Shown here: positions 61,619 through 64,000 of the stretch, piece after piece
Layout of the letters: each line of letters starts with the position of its first letter
How positions within the stretch are numbered: position 1 is the first letter of the stretch
DNA from: an uncultured bacterium
GTDB lineage: Bacteria; Fidelibacterota; Marinisomatia; Marinisomatales; JAHJCW01
Assembly: GCA_965369995.1 (NCBI GenBank)
Contig: CBDURO010000006.1
Span: 3,728-67,727 of the forward strand
Direction of reading: 5' to 3'
Length of the DNA stretch: 64,000 bases
Notes under the pieces: generated by a model
What the model was told of the DNA's origin: nothing
Database searches by the model: none
What the model saw: only the letters and a program-made list of their open reading frames with translations
Made by a program: the position numbers and the translations under genes

Positions 61619-63745
61619 ATGGAAAAATATTCTGCAATGAAAAAATTGTTTGAACCAAGATCAATTGCCATTATTGGAGCATCAAGTAATCCGGGTAAGG
61701 TTGGTTACAAGATTGTAAATAATATTGCTCAGGTTGGCTATAAGGGTAAAATTTATCCTATTAATCCTAAAGCAGATGAAATATGCGGATTAAAGGTATA
61801 TTCTTCCTTGGATGATATATCTGAACAAATTGATATGGCAACAATAGTTCTTCCTGCAAAAATTGTTTATAATGCTTTAGAAGCTTGCGCACAAAAAAAT
61901 ATCAAGATGGTTACGATCATTAGTTCCGGTTTTTCAGAAGTTGGTAATTTGGAAGAAGAGCGAAAAATTATATCATTTGCTTCAGAACATGGAATGCGAA
62001 TTCTTGGACCCAATATTTTTGGACATTATTCTGCTAAGGTATCGCTAAATGCGACCTTTGGACCAACCGTTATTCCAAAAGGAAATGTTGCAATCATAAC
62101 TCAGAGTGGCGCTTTGGGAGTCGCAATGATTGGTAAAACTGCAGTACAAAATATTGGTTTATCATCAATTATTTCTGTAGGTAATAAATCAGATATTGAT
62201 GAAGCTGATTTAGTTGAATATCTTGTTGAGCAGGACGACACAAAAAGCATCTTGATGTATATTGAAGGTATACAAAAAGGCGAGCGGTTAGTTAAAGTAC
62301 TTAAAGAAGCAACTAAGAAAAAACCAATTGTTGTCATTAAATCCGGAAGGTCAAAGCGGGGCGCTGTTGCTGCAGCATCCCATACCGGTTCTCTTGCCGG
62401 AGCAGATGAAATATTTGACGCAATTATGAAGCAGTGTGGAGTTTTAAGAGCTGAAAATATTCAACAAGCCCTTGATTGGTGTAAATATTTATCCAACGCT
62501 CCAATTCCGACCGGTGAAAATACAGTGATTATAACTAATGGTGGTGGTGTAGGAGTGTTAACAACGGATGCTTGCGAGAAATACAATATTAGATTATTGG
62601 ATGATACTCAATATTTAAATAACCTGTTTTCAGATGTAACACATGGTTTTGGATCAACTAAAAATCCAATCGATTTAACAGGTGAAGCAAGTTCAACTGA
62701 ATATGAGCATGCTCTTAATGTTGCTTTAAAAGATAAGCAAATAAAAGCAGTTTTGGCTCTGTTTTGTGAAACAGCAATGATTGATGCTGGTTCGTTGACA
62801 AGTATGATCAGAACTATATACAAAAAATATAGACAAATAAAAAAGCCGGTTATTTTTTCAATATTTGGTGGTGAGATGACAGAAAATGTTATTTCTGATC
62901 TTGCAACGGAAAATATACCTATTTTTCGCGATGTATATGATGCCGTATCGTGTTTGGGAGTTTCCTACACGCAATTCCGTCATGCTCAGGTGATGGATGG
63001 TGAAGAAAAAACTCCAAAAGTAGCTATTAGCAAAATAAAAAAAATTATTGAAAAAGCTTTAAGTGATAGTAGAGAATTTCTATTAGCTGATGAGGGAAAT
63101 CAGTTATTAAACATCGCAGGGTTATCAGGACCTAAAAGCGGAATTGCAAGGAATATAAAACAGGCTGTTGAAATTGCTGAGGATATCGGTTATCCGGTAG
63201 TAATGAAAGTTGTATCGAGAGATATCTTGCATAAAAGTGATGTCGGTGGTGTATTACTAGATTTAGATAATAAAGAAGAAGTATTGGATGCTTACCAAAC
63301 TATTATTTATAATTGCAAGGCATTTAAATCAAATGCTGTTATAGATGGAATTGAAATTGTTGAGCAGGTTAAACCCGGTACAGAAGTTATTATTGGCGGA
63401 CGAAGAGATAAAGCCTTTGGACCTATAATAATGTTCGGTTTAGGCGGAATTTATGTTGAAGTTATGAAAGATGTATCTTTCAGGGCGCTTCCGGCAAGTT
63501 ATCGTGAAACGCGGTTAATGGTTGAAGAAATTAAGTCGTTTCCATTATTATTAGGTGTTCGTGGTGAGCCACGAAAAGATATCGAAAAAATTGTTGATAC
63601 AATTTACAGAGTGGGTTACATATTGCAAAATTGTCCAAGGATCACAGACATTGAGGTTAATCCGTTAATGGTGTATGAGCAAGGATATGGAGTTAAAGCA
63701 GTAGATATAAGAGTTATGTTATTAGAAAGGGAAGGAATAGAATAA
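61619..63745 (+). CDS. ADP-forming acyl-CoA synthetase (acetate--CoA ligase family, fused alpha/beta: CoA-binding + ligase-CoA + ATP-grasp)
   Basis: 708 aa. LFEPRSIAIIGASSNPGKVGYKI is the CoA-binding part. AAASHTGSLAG matches the phosphohistidine loop. GYPVVMKVVSRDILHKSDVGGV is the ATP-grasp part. Confidence 0.85.
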   Translation: MEKYSAMKKLFEPRSIAIIGASSNPGKVGYKIVNNIAQVGYKGKIYPINPKADEICGLKVYSSLDDISEQIDMATIVLPAKIVYNALEACAQKNIKMVTIISSGFSEVGNLEEERKIISFASEHGMRILGPNIFGHYSAKVSLNATFGPTVIPKGNVAIITQSGALGVAMIGKTAVQNIGLSSIISVGNKSDIDEADLVEYLVEQDDTKSILMYIEGIQKGERLVKVLKEATKKKPIVVIKSGRSKRGAVAAASHTGSLAGADEIFDAIMKQCGVLRAENIQQALDWCKYLSNAPIPTGENTVIITNGGGVGVLTTDACEKYNIRLLDDTQYLNNLFSDVTHGFGSTKNPIDLTGEASSTEYEHALNVALKDKQIKAVLALFCETAMIDAGSLTSMIRTIYKKYRQIKKPVIFSIFGGEMTENVISDLATENIPIFRDVYDAVSCLGVSYTQFRHAQVMDGEEKTPKVAISKIKKIIEKALSDSREFLLADEGNQLLNIAGLSGPKSGIARNIKQAVEIAEDIGYPVVMKVVSRDILHKSDVGGVLLDLDNKEEVLDAYQTIIYNCKAFKSNAVIDGIEIVEQVKPGTEVIIGGRRDKAFGPIIMFGLGGIYVEVMKDVSFRALPASYRETRLMVEEIKSFPLLLGVRGEPRKDIEKIVDTIYRVGYILQNCPRITDIEVNPLMVYEQGYGVKAVDIRVMLLEREGIE

Positions 63746-64000
63746 TGAAAAAATTTATTTTTACATCTTTAAACAAAAACGCTGGCAAAACCGGTATTAT
63801 CATTGGTTTAGGAAAAGCTATAAATAAGAAAATTGGTTATCTCAAACCATTTGGTGACCGTTTACTCTACCGGAAAAAACGGTTGTGGGATTATGATTCT
63901 GCGGTAGTCTCAAAGATATTTAATATTGAGGAAAGTCCTGAAGGTATGAGTTTAGGATTCGATCATTCTAAATTGAGATATATGTATGATGAATCCGTAA
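63745..64000 (+). CDS. P-loop (BioD-like) protein resembling the N-terminal domain of phosphate acetyltransferase; 5' part only, continues past the right edge
   Basis: Hand translation: MKKFIFTSLNKNAGKTGIIIGLGKAINKKIGYLKPFGDRLLYRKKRLWDYDSAVVSKIF... The nucleotide-binding loop is NKNAGKTG. The ATG overlaps the upstream stop by 1 nt. Confidence 0.55.
   Translation, partial: MKKFIFTSLNKNAGKTGIIIGLGKAINKKIGYLKPFGDRLLYRKKRLWDYDSAVVSKIFNIEESPEGMSLGFDHSKLRYMYDESV

Noticed and set aside
1-64000. Search by eye for CRISPR arrays, transposase or integrase genes, prophage genes, rRNA and known defence-system signatures
   Set aside because: None found. The only long repeat is the tuf duplication and the only mobile-type module is the RelE/RHH pair.

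Overview
AT-rich bacterial chromosomal segment, mostly core genes. The central ~31.5 kb (20.4-52.0 kb) is the translation/transcription core. It runs tRNA-Thr/Tyr/Gly/Thr, tuf, rpmG, tRNA-Trp, secE, nusG, rplK-rplA-rplJ-rplL, rpoB-rpoC. A gap-free str/S10/spc/alpha super-operon follows (rpsL to rplQ, about 18.5 kb). It contains a second tuf copy and ends in one clear intrinsic terminator. rpmG and rpmJ are too short for the ORF track and were found by hand translation. The left flank (1-20.2 kb) mixes housekeeping and accessory genes: M14 peptidase fragment, thioredoxin-fold protein, MBL hydrolase, CYTH, CBS-like enzyme, Hsp20, DegT aminotransferase, TldD/PmbA, SixA-like phosphatase. It also holds a 1117-aa M1+M28+PDZ peptidase, a RelE/RHH toxin-antitoxin pair, a metallophosphoesterase, PhzF, an orphan PIN gene, two tandem PPK2 genes and an aldehyde dehydrogenase. 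The right flank (52-64 kb) holds a trypsin-like protease, hutU-hutI, a PHP-domain protein plus radical SAM pair, and a GATase. It ends with an operon encoding a CoA-transferase::GNAT fusion, an ADP-forming acyl-CoA synthetase and a Pta-N-terminal-like protein. I found no CRISPR array, transposase, integrase, phage genes or recognisable defence system, and nothing here clearly constitutes a novel system. Seven observations seem most worth a second look. (1) The CoA-transferase::GNAT / acyl-CoA synthetase operon. (2) The radical SAM (Cx4Cx2C) plus membrane PHP pair. (3) A 6.5 kb segment bracketed by two copies of the SixA-like gene 3' end. (4) The two tuf copies, identical except for the stop codon. 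(5) A ~77-aa lysine-rich N-terminal extension on ribosomal protein L5. (6) The in-frame stop inside the PIN domain. (7) The tri-domain peptidase. All functional calls rest on motifs and family resemblance read by eye; no searches were run.
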